64,000 bases of DNA from Patescibacteria group bacterium (GTDB lineage: Bacteria > Patescibacteriota > UBA1384 > XYA2-FULL-43-10 > 1-14-0-10-43-13): contig JBAZBD010000001.1 of NCBI GenBank assembly GCA_041671645.1, positions 543,234 through 607,233 on the forward strand, written 5' to 3'. Positions 48,641-58,284 of this stretch are shown here, in pieces; positions within the stretch are counted from its first letter, which is position 1, and the number at the start of each line of letters is the position of its first letter. The position numbers and the translations under genes are program-made. The notes under the pieces are model-generated. The model searched no databases. It had not been told where the DNA came from and saw only the letters and a list, made by a program, of their open reading frames with translations.

Positions 48641-49894
48641 CTACCCTCTCCAATATTTTTTGCCCTTGAGATTATCAGGCAAAAGAGATTCTTTGTCGTA
48701 CATTTTGTAGTCTTTTCCAAAGCCGAAATCCTTCATTATCTTGCTAGATGCATTTCTAATTTTGAGAGGGACGGGCTCAAGTCGACTATTTGTGACGTCG
48801 TTTTTTGCACTTGCATATGCCTCATCGACAGCGCGCGATTTTGGGGCAATACTTAGATATATCACCAATTGCGCGATTGCATTATTGGCCTCAGGCATAC
48901 CCAAATGTCTGGTCGCGTCGAGTACAGATGTCGCTAAGATTAAGGCCTGTGAATCAGCCATCCCAATGTCCTCAGACGCACATCGTATCAACCGTCGGAT
49001 GACATAGAGAGGATCTTCGCCCGCCTCCAACATTCGGGCAAGATAATGTAGTGCCGCATCAGGTTGTGAAGCGCGGATTGCTTTGTGCAGGGCCGAGATG
49101 GCATCATAATGGCCGTCCGCACCCTTGTCATATCGTATAAATTTCTGCTGGATTGATTCTTGTGCCAAGAGCTCATCGATTTTGATAATCCCATCTCTTG
49201 GCTCTGCTGATATTATCGCAAGCTCCAAGGCATTGTAAGCGTCACGAAGATCGCCTTCGCATAGATTGGCAATCAGCTCCAGTGCTTTTTTGGAGATTTC
49301 TATTTTATTTTTTGGTCCTTCAGAACGACCACTTACATAGTCGGCTTGCTCTAAATTAATTCTGGAAATGGCTCTTTTTAGAGCCTTGGCCACAGACGGT
49401 ATGGTTTGTTCGCGGAAATGAAAGACTCTCGCTCTCGACAGAAGTGGAGCGTTGACTTGAAATGATGGATTTTCGGTCGTGGCTCCAATCAAGGTAACAG
49501 TACCGTTCTCGACATAGGGCAGAAGAAAATCTTGCTGCGACTTATTGAAACGATGAATTTCATCAATAAACAAAATTGTTTTGATTTGGTTGAATTGTGA
49601 TTTGTCTCCTGCTTCGGCCACTATTTTCTTCAAATCAGCTACTCCGCTAGCAACAGCAGAGATGAAGACAAACTGGCTTTTGGTCCTTCCGGCGATAATT
49701 TTGGCTAGCGTTGTCTTGCCGCATCCGGGCGGACCCCAAAAAATCATCGGGACGATTCGGTCCGACTCAATAATCCTTCGTAGGATCTTGTCTTTCCCAA
49801 CGATATGTTCCTGGCCAATAAAATCGCCTAGAGATGTAGGACGAAGTTTCTCGGCCAGCGGAAGGTTAGATTTTTGCGTGAACAAATTTTCCAA
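48641..49894 (-). CDS. rarA: Replication-associated recombination protein A
   Basis: Walker A 'GPPGCGKTTLA' and the MgsA C-terminal domain. Confidence 0.9.
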   Translation of the reverse strand: MENLFTQKSNLPLAEKLRPTSLGDFIGQEHIVGKDKILRRIIESDRIVPMIFWGPPGCGKTTLAKIIAGRTKSQFVFISAVASGVADLKKIVAEAGDKSQFNQIKTILFIDEIHRFNKSQQDFLLPYVENGTVTLIGATTENPSFQVNAPLLSRARVFHFREQTIPSVAKALKRAISRINLEQADYVSGRSEGPKNKIEISKKALELIANLCEGDLRDAYNALELAIISAEPRDGIIKIDELLAQESIQQKFIRYDKGADGHYDAISALHKAIRASQPDAALHYLARMLEAGEDPLYVIRRLIRCASEDIGMADSQALILATSVLDATRHLGMPEANNAIAQLVIYLSIAPKSRAVDEAYASAKNDVTNSRLEPVPLKIRNASSKIMKDFGFGKDYKMYDKESLLPDNLKGKKYWRG

Positions 49895-49921
49895 GTCGAC
49901 GCCAGTCCGTTAAAATCCTTG

Positions 49922-50623
49922 CTATAATTTTTCGCCGAGGAAGAGGATATTTTCGTTGTCGCCCCTATCCCCTCTTTTCATATTATCGATTCCAACTATT
50001 TCGAAGCCGGCCTCTAGGAACAATTTTTCAAGCTCCTCTACTTTGAAACAATGAATGTAGCGATTTGCCTTGATGATTCTGTTTCCTGATCGAAATGGGT
50101 AAAATGTGTCGCTCAAGTCGAGACTGGGATGAAAGAACCCGTTACGCAGAATCTGCCAGAACATTCCCTTCTTTTTCCACATATTCCAAACTGTCAGGAC
50201 GAGCAAGCCGCCCGGCTTCATGACCCGTCTGATCTCTTTCAGATATTGAACGCGAAATTCAGTACTGGGGATGTGATGGAAGACCGATAGACAGAATATT
50301 TTATCGAAGGAGTTGTCGGCGAATTCGAATTTGAGCGGATCGGTCAGACGAAAATCAGATTTTGGATAACGCTGCTTCGCAATCTTCACTAACTCTGTGG
50401 AGTTATCAACTCCAGTGTAGTCGATCTTCATATCCTTAAATAATTCGGTTAATCTGCCGTTACCACAGCCAACATCCAGGATCCTGTCGCCATCTTTAGC
50501 ATAAGACTTCAGTGCTATAATGTCATTAGACAAATAGTTCCTTGTACTTGAAAACTGCTCAGCGATGCTGTTATAATCCTCTATCGTCCGATTTAATAGA
50601 TATTGTGCGTATTCTTTTTTCAT
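49922..50623 (-). CDS. Class I SAM-dependent methyltransferase
   Basis: 'ILDVGCGNGRLT' motif I. Start at 'MKKEYAQ' (ATG 50623). The upstream extension in the ORF track is antisense to elp3 and unlikely. Confidence 0.7.
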   Translation of the reverse strand: MKKEYAQYLLNRTIEDYNSIAEQFSSTRNYLSNDIIALKSYAKDGDRILDVGCGNGRLTELFKDMKIDYTGVDNSTELVKIAKQRYPKSDFRLTDPLKFEFADNSFDKIFCLSVFHHIPSTEFRVQYLKEIRRVMKPGGLLVLTVWNMWKKKGMFWQILRNGFFHPSLDLSDTFYPFRSGNRIIKANRYIHCFKVEELEKLFLEAGFEIVGIDNMKRGDRGDNENILFLGEKL

Positions 50624-50624
50624 A

Positions 50625-52217
50625 ATGGATAAAAACCCGATCGAACAATTTATTATTGAATTTGCTAGCGGCGAACTCTCTCGCAAGCGATTTGATAAAC
50701 TCCAACGCATTTACGCGAAGGCTTCACAGCTTTCATTTTTCACAAATGACCAGCTGCTTTTAGCATACCAAACTTTGCTCATAGGTCAACTCGTTGAGAA
50801 GAATATTGGGCTTGAGAAATTTCTGACGCTCAAATCTACTCGATCTAATTCTGGAATTGTCGTCGTCTCAGTCCTAACAAAGCCATACGATTGCCCCGGC
50901 CGTTGTCTATATTGCCCTACACAAGCCGGTGCACCCAAGAGCTACCTTGCCGAGGAACCAGCCGTAATGCGGGCAATTACCTGCAATTATGACCCTTATC
51001 TTCAGGTCAGCTCAAGACTCAAAGCCTTGGAGGCCGTTGGACACCTGACCGACAAAGTTAATATTCGCATTATCGGTGGCACTTGGTCGGCTTATCCTAC
51101 AGAGTACCGGACAGAATTTGTCAGGGAATTATTCAAAGCAGCTAATGGCAGGATCAGGGAGTCAGGAGTTGAAAGCTTAGAAAATCTACAGAAGCAAAAT
51201 GAGACTACCAAACACCGAATCGTCGAGATATCGATAGAAACAAGACAAGATCATATCGACATGGATGAGATCAAACATTTGCGCGAGTTAGGAGTGACCA
51301 AAGTCGAACTTGGCGTACAAAGCTTAGATGATGAAATTTTAAAATTAAATAATCGTGGCAATGATACTGCATCGACTATTCGTGCAACAAAACTTTTGAA
51401 AAACGCAGGGTTCAAGGTCTCGTATCAGATGATGGTCAACCTTTACGGCGCTGATCTGAAACGAGATCTTGAGATATTCAAAGAGTTATTTGAAAATCCA
51501 GATTTCAAGCCAGATCATTTGAAGATTTATCCCTTGGCGCTAGTCAAGGAAGCAGAAATATACAAACTTTTTGAGCAGAAGAGATATAAGCCCTATACTG
51601 AGTCAGAATTGACAGGCCTGCTTGTCGAGATCAAAAAACTGGTCCCGCCTTATTGCAGGATCGAAAGAGTAATTCGCGACATTCCGACTGAATATATTGT
51701 CGAAGGTGGCGCCAAGATTTCAAATCTGAGACAAAATGTCTTGCTCGAGTTGGATAAACAAAATGCAAAGTGTCAATGCATCCGTTGCCGCGAAATTAAA
51801 GGCGATTATAATATCGATGAAGATTACAAAATGTTTCGTCTCGATTACGAAGCTTCCGATGGTAGAGAAATATTTCTCTCAATCGAATCTAAGGATAGAG
51901 CGAGGCTTTTGGCTTTGCTCAGACTCCGTATCCCAACAAATTATTCCGAATCATTGCCAGTATTAAAAAACTCGGCCATTATTCGCGAGATGCATACTTA
52001 TGGGCCACAGGTTGCAATAGGGCAAAATAATGATTTAGCTGCCCAGCACCAAGGATTTGGAACTAAATTGTTGTCTGAGGCTGAAACTATTGCCAAAAAA
52101 GAATTTTACCTCGATAAAGTTTCCATCATTGCTGGAGTCGGCGTACGCGGTTTTTTTGAGAAGTTTAGCTACAAGCTAGACCGCTGCTATATGACAAAAA
52201 CATTGACCAAAGACTAA
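50625..52217 (+). CDS. elp3: Elp3-like radical SAM + GNAT acetyltransferase
   Basis: Radical SAM 'CPGRCLYCP' (CxxxxCxxC). The C-terminal GNAT motif 'QHQGFGTKLL' matches the Elp3 architecture. Confidence 0.8.
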   Translation: MDKNPIEQFIIEFASGELSRKRFDKLQRIYAKASQLSFFTNDQLLLAYQTLLIGQLVEKNIGLEKFLTLKSTRSNSGIVVVSVLTKPYDCPGRCLYCPTQAGAPKSYLAEEPAVMRAITCNYDPYLQVSSRLKALEAVGHLTDKVNIRIIGGTWSAYPTEYRTEFVRELFKAANGRIRESGVESLENLQKQNETTKHRIVEISIETRQDHIDMDEIKHLRELGVTKVELGVQSLDDEILKLNNRGNDTASTIRATKLLKNAGFKVSYQMMVNLYGADLKRDLEIFKELFENPDFKPDHLKIYPLALVKEAEIYKLFEQKRYKPYTESELTGLLVEIKKLVPPYCRIERVIRDIPTEYIVEGGAKISNLRQNVLLELDKQNAKCQCIRCREIKGDYNIDEDYKMFRLDYEASDGREIFLSIESKDRARLLALLRLRIPTNYSESLPVLKNSAIIREMHTYGPQVAIGQNNDLAAQHQGFGTKLLSEAETIAKKEFYLDKVSIIAGVGVRGFFEKFSYKLDRCYMTKTLTKD

Positions 52218-52342
52218 TATGGTTGTATTATCTTGCTAGTCCTTCCTCCTAGGACCAATCGCGGATGTGCCCGGGGGCTATCAACAATACTGGTATTCCA
52301 GGTTATTTATTTGCATTTATTGCCCGCACCTGGATTTTCCAC

Positions 52343-52425
52343 AGTTGGTAGCTCCCACCAACCCCCCTCTTGGGGGATTTTTTGTATTAAAAAACCCGGA
52401 TCTGAGTGATACTCAATGACCCGGG
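52343..52425. repeat. About 80-bp bidirectional terminator module, copy 1
   Basis: GTTGGTAGCTCCCACCAAC hairpin, CCCCCCTCTTGGGGG plus a T-run (plus-facing terminator), and AAAAAACCCGG...CCGGG (minus-facing terminator). Confidence 0.6.
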
Positions 52426-52441
52426 CGGGAATAATTGGTAA

Positions 52442-53356
52442 TTAGATTACTGGTTTCGGGATAGGAATCATCACGATCTCATTTAACTCTTTCAGCACCA
52501 ATAGTGCCTCGCTAAAAGGGATCATGGTTTTGTATGGTCCGATCCATAGTTCTCTTGCTCCAGTGCCGTCATAAGGCAAGAGGAGCGCCTTATCATCAAC
52601 AATGATGAAAAGTCCGGCATCACAGCTTCCGTACCATCTGGTGTATGGTCCTGTCCAAAGCAGAATCTCCCCACCGCCGAAAGGATAAACTATAACTTTG
52701 TCACGAAAATTCGCAACGATGCCTTTGCAACAACTGCCGCAGTTAGCATATTTTGTAGCCGCGGGCGGGCCACCGTTATACGGGTAGCAATGGTTTAGGC
52801 CATCATGGAAATCCCAGACATATCCTTGCCCCATCGATGATTTTTGACCCCAATCACGATCAGTGAAGATAATATTATAGACACCATTGACCTTGGCGTG
52901 AACCCAATTCCGATTCTTGTGTGAACCGATAACTATCCCGTCATGAACAGTGATATTCACACCACGGCCATCCCAAAATACTTTTGGCTCTGACCGGTCA
53001 AACGGAACATAAAGAAACTCGGACTCCTTGTGCGCTAAAATCATCCCTGTGTCGCAACAGCGCAGATGATCAGGTATCTTGCTTCGGTAGAGTAAATCAT
53101 GAGCGCTACCATCGTAAGGAGCAAGATAGTATCTGGTTCCCTTTTGAATTGCAACACCAGCCTTTGTCGGATACCAGCCGTAGTGACCGTCGCCGAGACT
53201 GACTTGGTGCCCATCATTACGGATAAGAATCAACTCACTGCCTCCGCTTTTCTGGATGATAAGGCCATGATCGCTCGGCAGCGCATGTTGCTGATAATCA
53301 TGGTAAGTGATCGAATTTACTCCGGCCGCAGGGCCGGCAGTAATGGCTGTGTTCAT
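52442..53356 (-). CDS. Hypothetical Cys-rich tandem-repeat protein
   Basis: Internal roughly 45-aa repeats of the form 'L(L/A)PYDG..(D/E)L...GPY' and CC pairs ('HLRCCDTG', 'CGSCCKG'). Start is ATG 53356 with SD AAGGAG. Confidence 0.5.
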   Translation of the reverse strand: MNTAITAGPAAGVNSITYHDYQQHALPSDHGLIIQKSGGSELILIRNDGHQVSLGDGHYGWYPTKAGVAIQKGTRYYLAPYDGSAHDLLYRSKIPDHLRCCDTGMILAHKESEFLYVPFDRSEPKVFWDGRGVNITVHDGIVIGSHKNRNWVHAKVNGVYNIIFTDRDWGQKSSMGQGYVWDFHDGLNHCYPYNGGPPAATKYANCGSCCKGIVANFRDKVIVYPFGGGEILLWTGPYTRWYGSCDAGLFIIVDDKALLLPYDGTGARELWIGPYKTMIPFSEALLVLKELNEIVMIPIPKPVI

Positions 53357-53498
53357 ATTTGTTCTCCTTTTCTCAGAATGCAACAAACAATAAATTGTTA
53401 GTTTGTCAAAGAGCATTTAGCCGTTATCGGCTAGCTATATCCGATAGTAGATATGGTGTATAAATAGCATAAATTGGCTGGAATGTATAGGAAAAAGC

Positions 53499-53570
53499 AG
53501 TTGGTAGCTCCCACCAACCCCCTCTTGGGGGATTTTTTGTATTAAAAAACCCGGAACTCAATGAACCGGG
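53499..53570. repeat. About 80-bp bidirectional terminator module, copy 2
   Basis: About 95% identical to copy 1. The two copies flank CDS 52442..53356. Confidence 0.6.
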
Positions 53571-53585
53571 CTGGAAATTTTGTCC

Positions 53586-54023
53586 TTAGGCTTTTCTGCT
53601 TAAAGACGTCCGTTTGGGTAATCTTTTGATGCCAAGACGGCACATTTCAACAATGTTTGGGCAAAAGTACCATGGCTCTTCCCGATACCTACCATTTGAA
53701 AAGTACAGTGCCCAACTGTCGATCCATTGTCCCAACCAGAGGCCATTTCTGAGAGCCTCATAGGCAAAAACCATAGTCAGGGGGAAGGTCCATCCGATCC
53801 AAGGATAGTTTGCGGCGACTGTTTGCCCTGACGGATTGAGCATAAATGGGATTGCGGTCATGATTAATCCTCCTACACCAAGGCAACCAAATATAAGCCA
53901 GGCCCCTATCGCGAGGATATAGACAGCCAATGCGACGATAAATAGTACGTACCCAAGCGAGTAACGCAGTAGGTTGCTGGCTTGTCTTCCAGCAAAACAG
54001 ATACCGGTAAGTAATTTTTGCAC
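53586..54023 (-). CDS. Hypothetical membrane protein
   Basis: 145 aa with three hydrophobic helices and a Trp-rich C-terminal part. Confidence 0.4.
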   Translation of the reverse strand: MQKLLTGICFAGRQASNLLRYSLGYVLFIVALAVYILAIGAWLIFGCLGVGGLIMTAIPFMLNPSGQTVAANYPWIGWTFPLTMVFAYEALRNGLWLGQWIDSWALYFSNGRYREEPWYFCPNIVEMCRLGIKRLPKRTSLSRKA

Positions 54024-54133
54024 ATTTCTTACCTCCCTGCTTAATGTATTAACACAAATTCTTTAAAAACTCAAAAATGGATTTTAAAAAACAACCGGCG
54101 TGTTGCGGTTGTTTTTAATCAATATTCGATTCG

Positions 54134-54514
54134 CTACATTGCCACTTTTTTGGCTTTTTTGAGACTATTGAGTTTGATTTCGGAGCACTTGGGGCAACGG
54201 TACTGCGGGTGCTTGTCCTCTGTCCTGTCGTAGCCGCCAGGAGCCATCACCAATCTTCGCACCAAGTCTTTCTTGCCACAATCGAAGCAAGTACCGCTAG
54301 GAATAATTTCCCATTTTTCTATCAGTTTGCTTTTGAAGATGAAGCGATCAACCCAGAAGAAGATACAACCGCCGATCAGATTGGCCACAGTGGCGGCGAT
54401 CCAGTCTTCCTTGGTACCCATTATTGAGGGAGAGTGCTTGAAGTACGCAACGGCTGGAGCGAGAATTAGTGTTGAGAGTTGCCAGCGGATGAGATAGAGA
54501 ATAAACTTGAGCAT
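54134..54514 (-). CDS. Hypothetical membrane protein with C-terminal zinc ribbon
   Basis: Two or three TM helices, then 'CFDCGKK...RCPKCSE'. Confidence 0.4.
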   Translation of the reverse strand: MLKFILYLIRWQLSTLILAPAVAYFKHSPSIMGTKEDWIAATVANLIGGCIFFWVDRFIFKSKLIEKWEIIPSGTCFDCGKKDLVRRLVMAPGGYDRTEDKHPQYRCPKCSEIKLNSLKKAKKVAM

Positions 54515-54636
54515 TTCCTATTCCTCCAAATAATTAATTCAATATTATTCTATCTGGCTATCCCATAACTTGTCAAAATAATTATTGAAACAAATAAAAA
54601 GTCTCCGCTTAGATTTAGATTCTAGGCGAAGACGGG

Positions 54637-55098
54637 TCAAAATTCGATATCGATGTGTGTCCAGCCAGATCGTGATCGAGACTGGCTAAAAGACTGAGGC
54701 GTCTGCACTTGCGAATACTGTACAGGCTCTTCCTTGACCCGTGAATCACACCGTGTGTGGTGCGACAAGTGGTCGGAGGAGTAGAGATTGATAAATTCGG
54801 GCCTGATTCCTGCAAGAACGGTGATCGGACCTTTTGTATTACTGGAATCTACCTCTCCATCCACGACAACCAACGAAATTGTGCCAACAATATTTTCGCT
54901 AAAGTATTTAACTTTCGCAGCTTCCAACTTTTTGAAACAGTCGTCGCGAGAGTTACAAATTGCAAATACTATTGTGTCACAAAAGATTTTCCCCTTCACA
55001 TCTCCCCTCTTGAGGAGCTGAGAAATGATGCGTTCGTGGTCTGGCTTGTCGTTCAAAACGACGACCAGAGCACTGCGTGAAATAGTTATCTTCGCCAT
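54637..55098 (-). CDS. Hypothetical protein
   Basis: 153 aa from 'MAKITISRS' (ATG 55098, SD GGAGGA). Rossmann-like pattern of hydrophobic strands. Family not recognised. Confidence 0.4.
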   Translation of the reverse strand: MAKITISRSALVVVLNDKPDHERIISQLLKRGDVKGKIFCDTIVFAICNSRDDCFKKLEAAKVKYFSENIVGTISLVVVDGEVDSSNTKGPITVLAGIRPEFINLYSSDHLSHHTRCDSRVKEEPVQYSQVQTPQSFSQSRSRSGWTHIDIEF

Positions 55099-55200
55099 CG
55101 AAATGTCCTCCAAGCAGAGCATTCTATCTTTGGTATATCGAGATTATGATACTTTGTCAATTTAAGATCAAAAAAACACCTCAAAAATGAGATGCGTTTT

Positions 55201-55276
55201 TGGTGGACCCTAGCGGATTTGAACCGCTGACCTCCTCCATGCCATGGAGGCGCTCTACCAACTAAGCTAAGGGCCC
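55201..55276 (-). tRNA. tRNA-Ala (anticodon GGC), CCA encoded
   Basis: GGGCCCT acceptor stem with a G3:U70 pair, anticodon loop AUGGCAU, T-loop GGTTCAAATCC. A hairpin plus T-run follows on the minus strand. Confidence 0.85.
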
Positions 55277-55306
55277 ATTAGTCGTTTTTAATAAATCCGT
55301 CTTTAA

Positions 55307-55537
55307 TTATTTGTTTAATAATATTTTTATTTTTATATCTTTTAATCTCAATTCGATCCTTCTCGCTGAAATAAGGTCATCGAAATTTTGCTGGAAAACT
55401 AGCTTGGCGGGCAATTTATATTTGATCCCCAGTGTTTTGCCAGAGTTATGTTCAAGTAGCCGTCTGTGAATATCGTTCGTAGAGCCAATATAATATTGCA
55501 TATTATTTAACTCGAGGATATAGACTGTCCCTGCCAT
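55307..55537 (-). CDS. GIY-YIG nuclease family protein (small, YhbQ/URI-like)
   Basis: 'VYILELNNMQYYIGSTNDIHRRLLEHN' GIY-YIG signature. 76 aa. Confidence 0.75.
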   Translation of the reverse strand: MAGTVYILELNNMQYYIGSTNDIHRRLLEHNSGKTLGIKYKLPAKLVFQQNFDDLISARRIELRLKDIKIKILLNK

Positions 55538-55579
55538 ATTTCCTTTCTGACCTTCCCGATGTCCATCGGGACGTTCTAG

Positions 55580-55599
55580 CCAACTAAGCTAAGGGCCCA
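55580..55599. repeat. 20-bp exact duplicate of the tRNA-Ala 5' region
   Basis: CCAACTAAGCTAAGGGCCCA is identical to 55258-55277 inside tRNA-Ala. The two copies bracket the GIY-YIG gene. Confidence 0.6.
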
Positions 55600-55717
55600 G
55601 ATATTTTTTGTAGCGATAATTCAAAGGTTATTTTACTACAAAATTGAATTGAATTCAAGCTCAGGAAGTGATATTCTTGATTTAAGAATTTAAAAATAAA
55701 CGCACTAAGTAGGCAAA

Positions 55718-58201
55718 ATGAGAGAATATAATTTCAAAGAGATCGAATCAAAATGGCAGAAGAAATGGGAAGAGGAAAATTACGGCAAATCCGATGATGA
55801 TTCTGCCTTGCCGAAGCACTATCATCTAGTTGAATTCCCTTACCCCTCTGGCGCTGGCCTCCACGTCGGCCACTGTATGGGCTATGGCGCATCCGATGCC
55901 TACTGCCGAATGAAACGTCTTCAGGGCTTCAATGTGATGTATCCGATCGGCTGGGACGCATTTGGCCTGCCTACCGAAAATTTTGCGATCAAGAATAAGG
56001 TTAAACCGCAAAAAGCGACTGCTGACAATGTTGCGGTATTCAAATCCCAGATGAAATCATTGGGGCTTTCCTTCGACTGGTCTCGCGAGGTCAACACGAC
56101 CGACCCAGATTATTATCGCTGGACTCAATGGATTTTCCTCCAATTTTACAAGCATGCAATCATTGATGGGAAACTAGTCAAGGTTGCAGATGATGATTTT
56201 CATACTCCCAGACTTGCTTTTCAGGCAGAGATGCCGGTCAACTGGTGCCCTTCTTGCAAAATAGTTTTGGCCAACGAAGAAGTCGTCAACGGAACATGTG
56301 AGCGTTGCGGTACTGGGTCTGAGAAGAGAAAACAAAAGCAATGGATGCTTCGGATTACTGCCTACGCCGATCGGTTAATTAAAGATCTAGACACGGTTGA
56401 TTACTTGGACAAGATCAAGACACAGCAGGTCAATTGGATCGGGCGAAGTGAGGGCGCAAATATAATTTTTGACGTCAAAGGTTTTAGTAACACCGTTCAC
56501 GATGAAGAAATAGAGGTATTTACTACCCGAGCCGATACTTTGTTTGGCTGTACTTATGTCGTGCTTGCCCCAGAGCACCCACTGGTTAAAAAGCTTGGCC
56601 ACCATATCCAGAACTTTGAAGAAGTCCAAGATTATATAGATAAAGCAAAGAAAAAGTCTGATTTGGAACGTACTGAGCTGCAGAAGGATAAAACTGGAGT
56701 TAAGCTGTATGGCGTATACGCGATCAATCCAATTAATGGTGAACAAGTTGATATTTATGTCGCTGATTACGTCCTGTCAAATTATGGTACTGGCGCTGTC
56801 ATGGCCGTACCTGCTCATGATGAGAGGGATTTCGAATTCGCCAAGAAGCATGAGATCAATATTGCACAAGTGATTACCGACAAGGATGATTCCGTAGACA
56901 TAACTGACGCGGCCTTTGTTCACTACGGCAAATTGATCAATTCTGGTGAATTCGACGGCCTAGCCTCAGAGCAAGGCAAGAAAGCTATTACTGAGAAATT
57001 GAAAGAAACTCGCAAGGGTGACTTTACGATAAATTATAAGCTTAGGGACTGGATATTTTCTCGACAACATTACTGGGGCGAGCCAATTCCAATCGTTCAT
57101 TGCGAGAGCTGCGGCAAAGTTCCAGTGCCAGAAGATCAACTGCCGATCACTCTGCCAGAAGTAGAAAAATACGAGCCAACCGACGATGGTCAATCCCCTC
57201 TCGCCGCTATCACCGACTGGGTCGAGATGACCTGTCCTAAATGCGGTGGCAAGGCCAAACGAGAGACCGACACTATGCCAAACTGGGCCGGTAGTTCTTG
57301 GTACTTCTTGCGCTACACTGACCCCAAGAATGACAATGAATTAGCTTCCGAATCTAAACTTAAATACTGGACTCCGGTAGATATTTACAACGGCGGGATG
57401 GAACACACAACTTTGCATCTTCTATATTCCAGATTCTGGCACAAATTTTTGTTTGACTTGGGTGCTGTCCCAACGGCAGAACCTTATGCCAAGAGAATCG
57501 CTCATGGAATCATTCTCGGCCCCGACGGTCGCAAAATGAGCAAATCTTTTGGTAATGTCATCAATCCAGATGAAATAGTGAAACAATTTGGCGCCGACAC
57601 ACTCCGCATGTATATCGCATTTATCGGACCATACGACCAAGAGTCGGCATGGAACATGGCCGGCGTCCAGGGAGTCTCACGATTTCTAAACCGAGTCTGG
57701 AAAAATGTTGAAAAAATCGACGACAAAGACGATGACAAGGAGCTTTTGATTAAGCTAAATCAGACTATCCAAGGAGTTTCGGAGGACTTTGAGAGCTTCC
57801 GCTTGAATACTTCTGTTGCCAAATTGATGGAATTCAATAATCTATTTGAGAAAATTGGTCATATCCGTAAAGATTCTTACCAGAAATTCCTGCAAATCCT
57901 CTACCCCCTCGCTCCGCACATTGCTTCTGAACTTTGGGAAACCGCCGGCCTGAGCGATTCCATAGTGAATTCCGCTTGGCCTGAGGCTGATACCAAATAC
58001 TTGGTAGCTGACACGATCGAAATCGTAATTCAGGTCAATGGTAAGGTGCGAGATAAGCTATCGGTCTCTTCTGATATTTCAGACGATGAATTGAAGAAAT
58101 CTGCGCTGAACTCACCAAAAATCGTTGAAATTATCGGCGACAGTGAGATTGCGAAAGTGATCGTCATCGCCAAGAAATTAGTCAGCGTAGTCACAAAGTA
58201 A
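55718..58201 (+). CDS. leuS: Leucine--tRNA ligase
   Basis: HIGH-class motif 'HVGHCMGY', 'KMSKS' motif, CP1 editing domain. 827 aa. Confidence 0.95.
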   Translation: MREYNFKEIESKWQKKWEEENYGKSDDDSALPKHYHLVEFPYPSGAGLHVGHCMGYGASDAYCRMKRLQGFNVMYPIGWDAFGLPTENFAIKNKVKPQKATADNVAVFKSQMKSLGLSFDWSREVNTTDPDYYRWTQWIFLQFYKHAIIDGKLVKVADDDFHTPRLAFQAEMPVNWCPSCKIVLANEEVVNGTCERCGTGSEKRKQKQWMLRITAYADRLIKDLDTVDYLDKIKTQQVNWIGRSEGANIIFDVKGFSNTVHDEEIEVFTTRADTLFGCTYVVLAPEHPLVKKLGHHIQNFEEVQDYIDKAKKKSDLERTELQKDKTGVKLYGVYAINPINGEQVDIYVADYVLSNYGTGAVMAVPAHDERDFEFAKKHEINIAQVITDKDDSVDITDAAFVHYGKLINSGEFDGLASEQGKKAITEKLKETRKGDFTINYKLRDWIFSRQHYWGEPIPIVHCESCGKVPVPEDQLPITLPEVEKYEPTDDGQSPLAAITDWVEMTCPKCGGKAKRETDTMPNWAGSSWYFLRYTDPKNDNELASESKLKYWTPVDIYNGGMEHTTLHLLYSRFWHKFLFDLGAVPTAEPYAKRIAHGIILGPDGRKMSKSFGNVINPDEIVKQFGADTLRMYIAFIGPYDQESAWNMAGVQGVSRFLNRVWKNVEKIDDKDDDKELLIKLNQTIQGVSEDFESFRLNTSVAKLMEFNNLFEKIGHIRKDSYQKFLQILYPLAPHIASELWETAGLSDSIVNSAWPEADTKYLVADTIEIVIQVNGKVRDKLSVSSDISDDELKKSALNSPKIVEIIGDSEIAKVIVIAKKLVSVVTK

Positions 58202-58284
58202 TCGAAGCTTTGATCTGGTTGATTTTTTGACTGGTTTATGCAATAATAACGACATAATATCTACTAACAAAACAGGATTTTCTA

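Noticed and set aside
50624-50710. N-terminal extension 'MRWSLSNRLRESSPLANSIINCSIGFLSI' of the SAM methyltransferase
   Set aside because: This segment is antisense to the conserved N-terminus of the Elp3-like gene. The methyltransferase fold begins after the internal Met at 50623.
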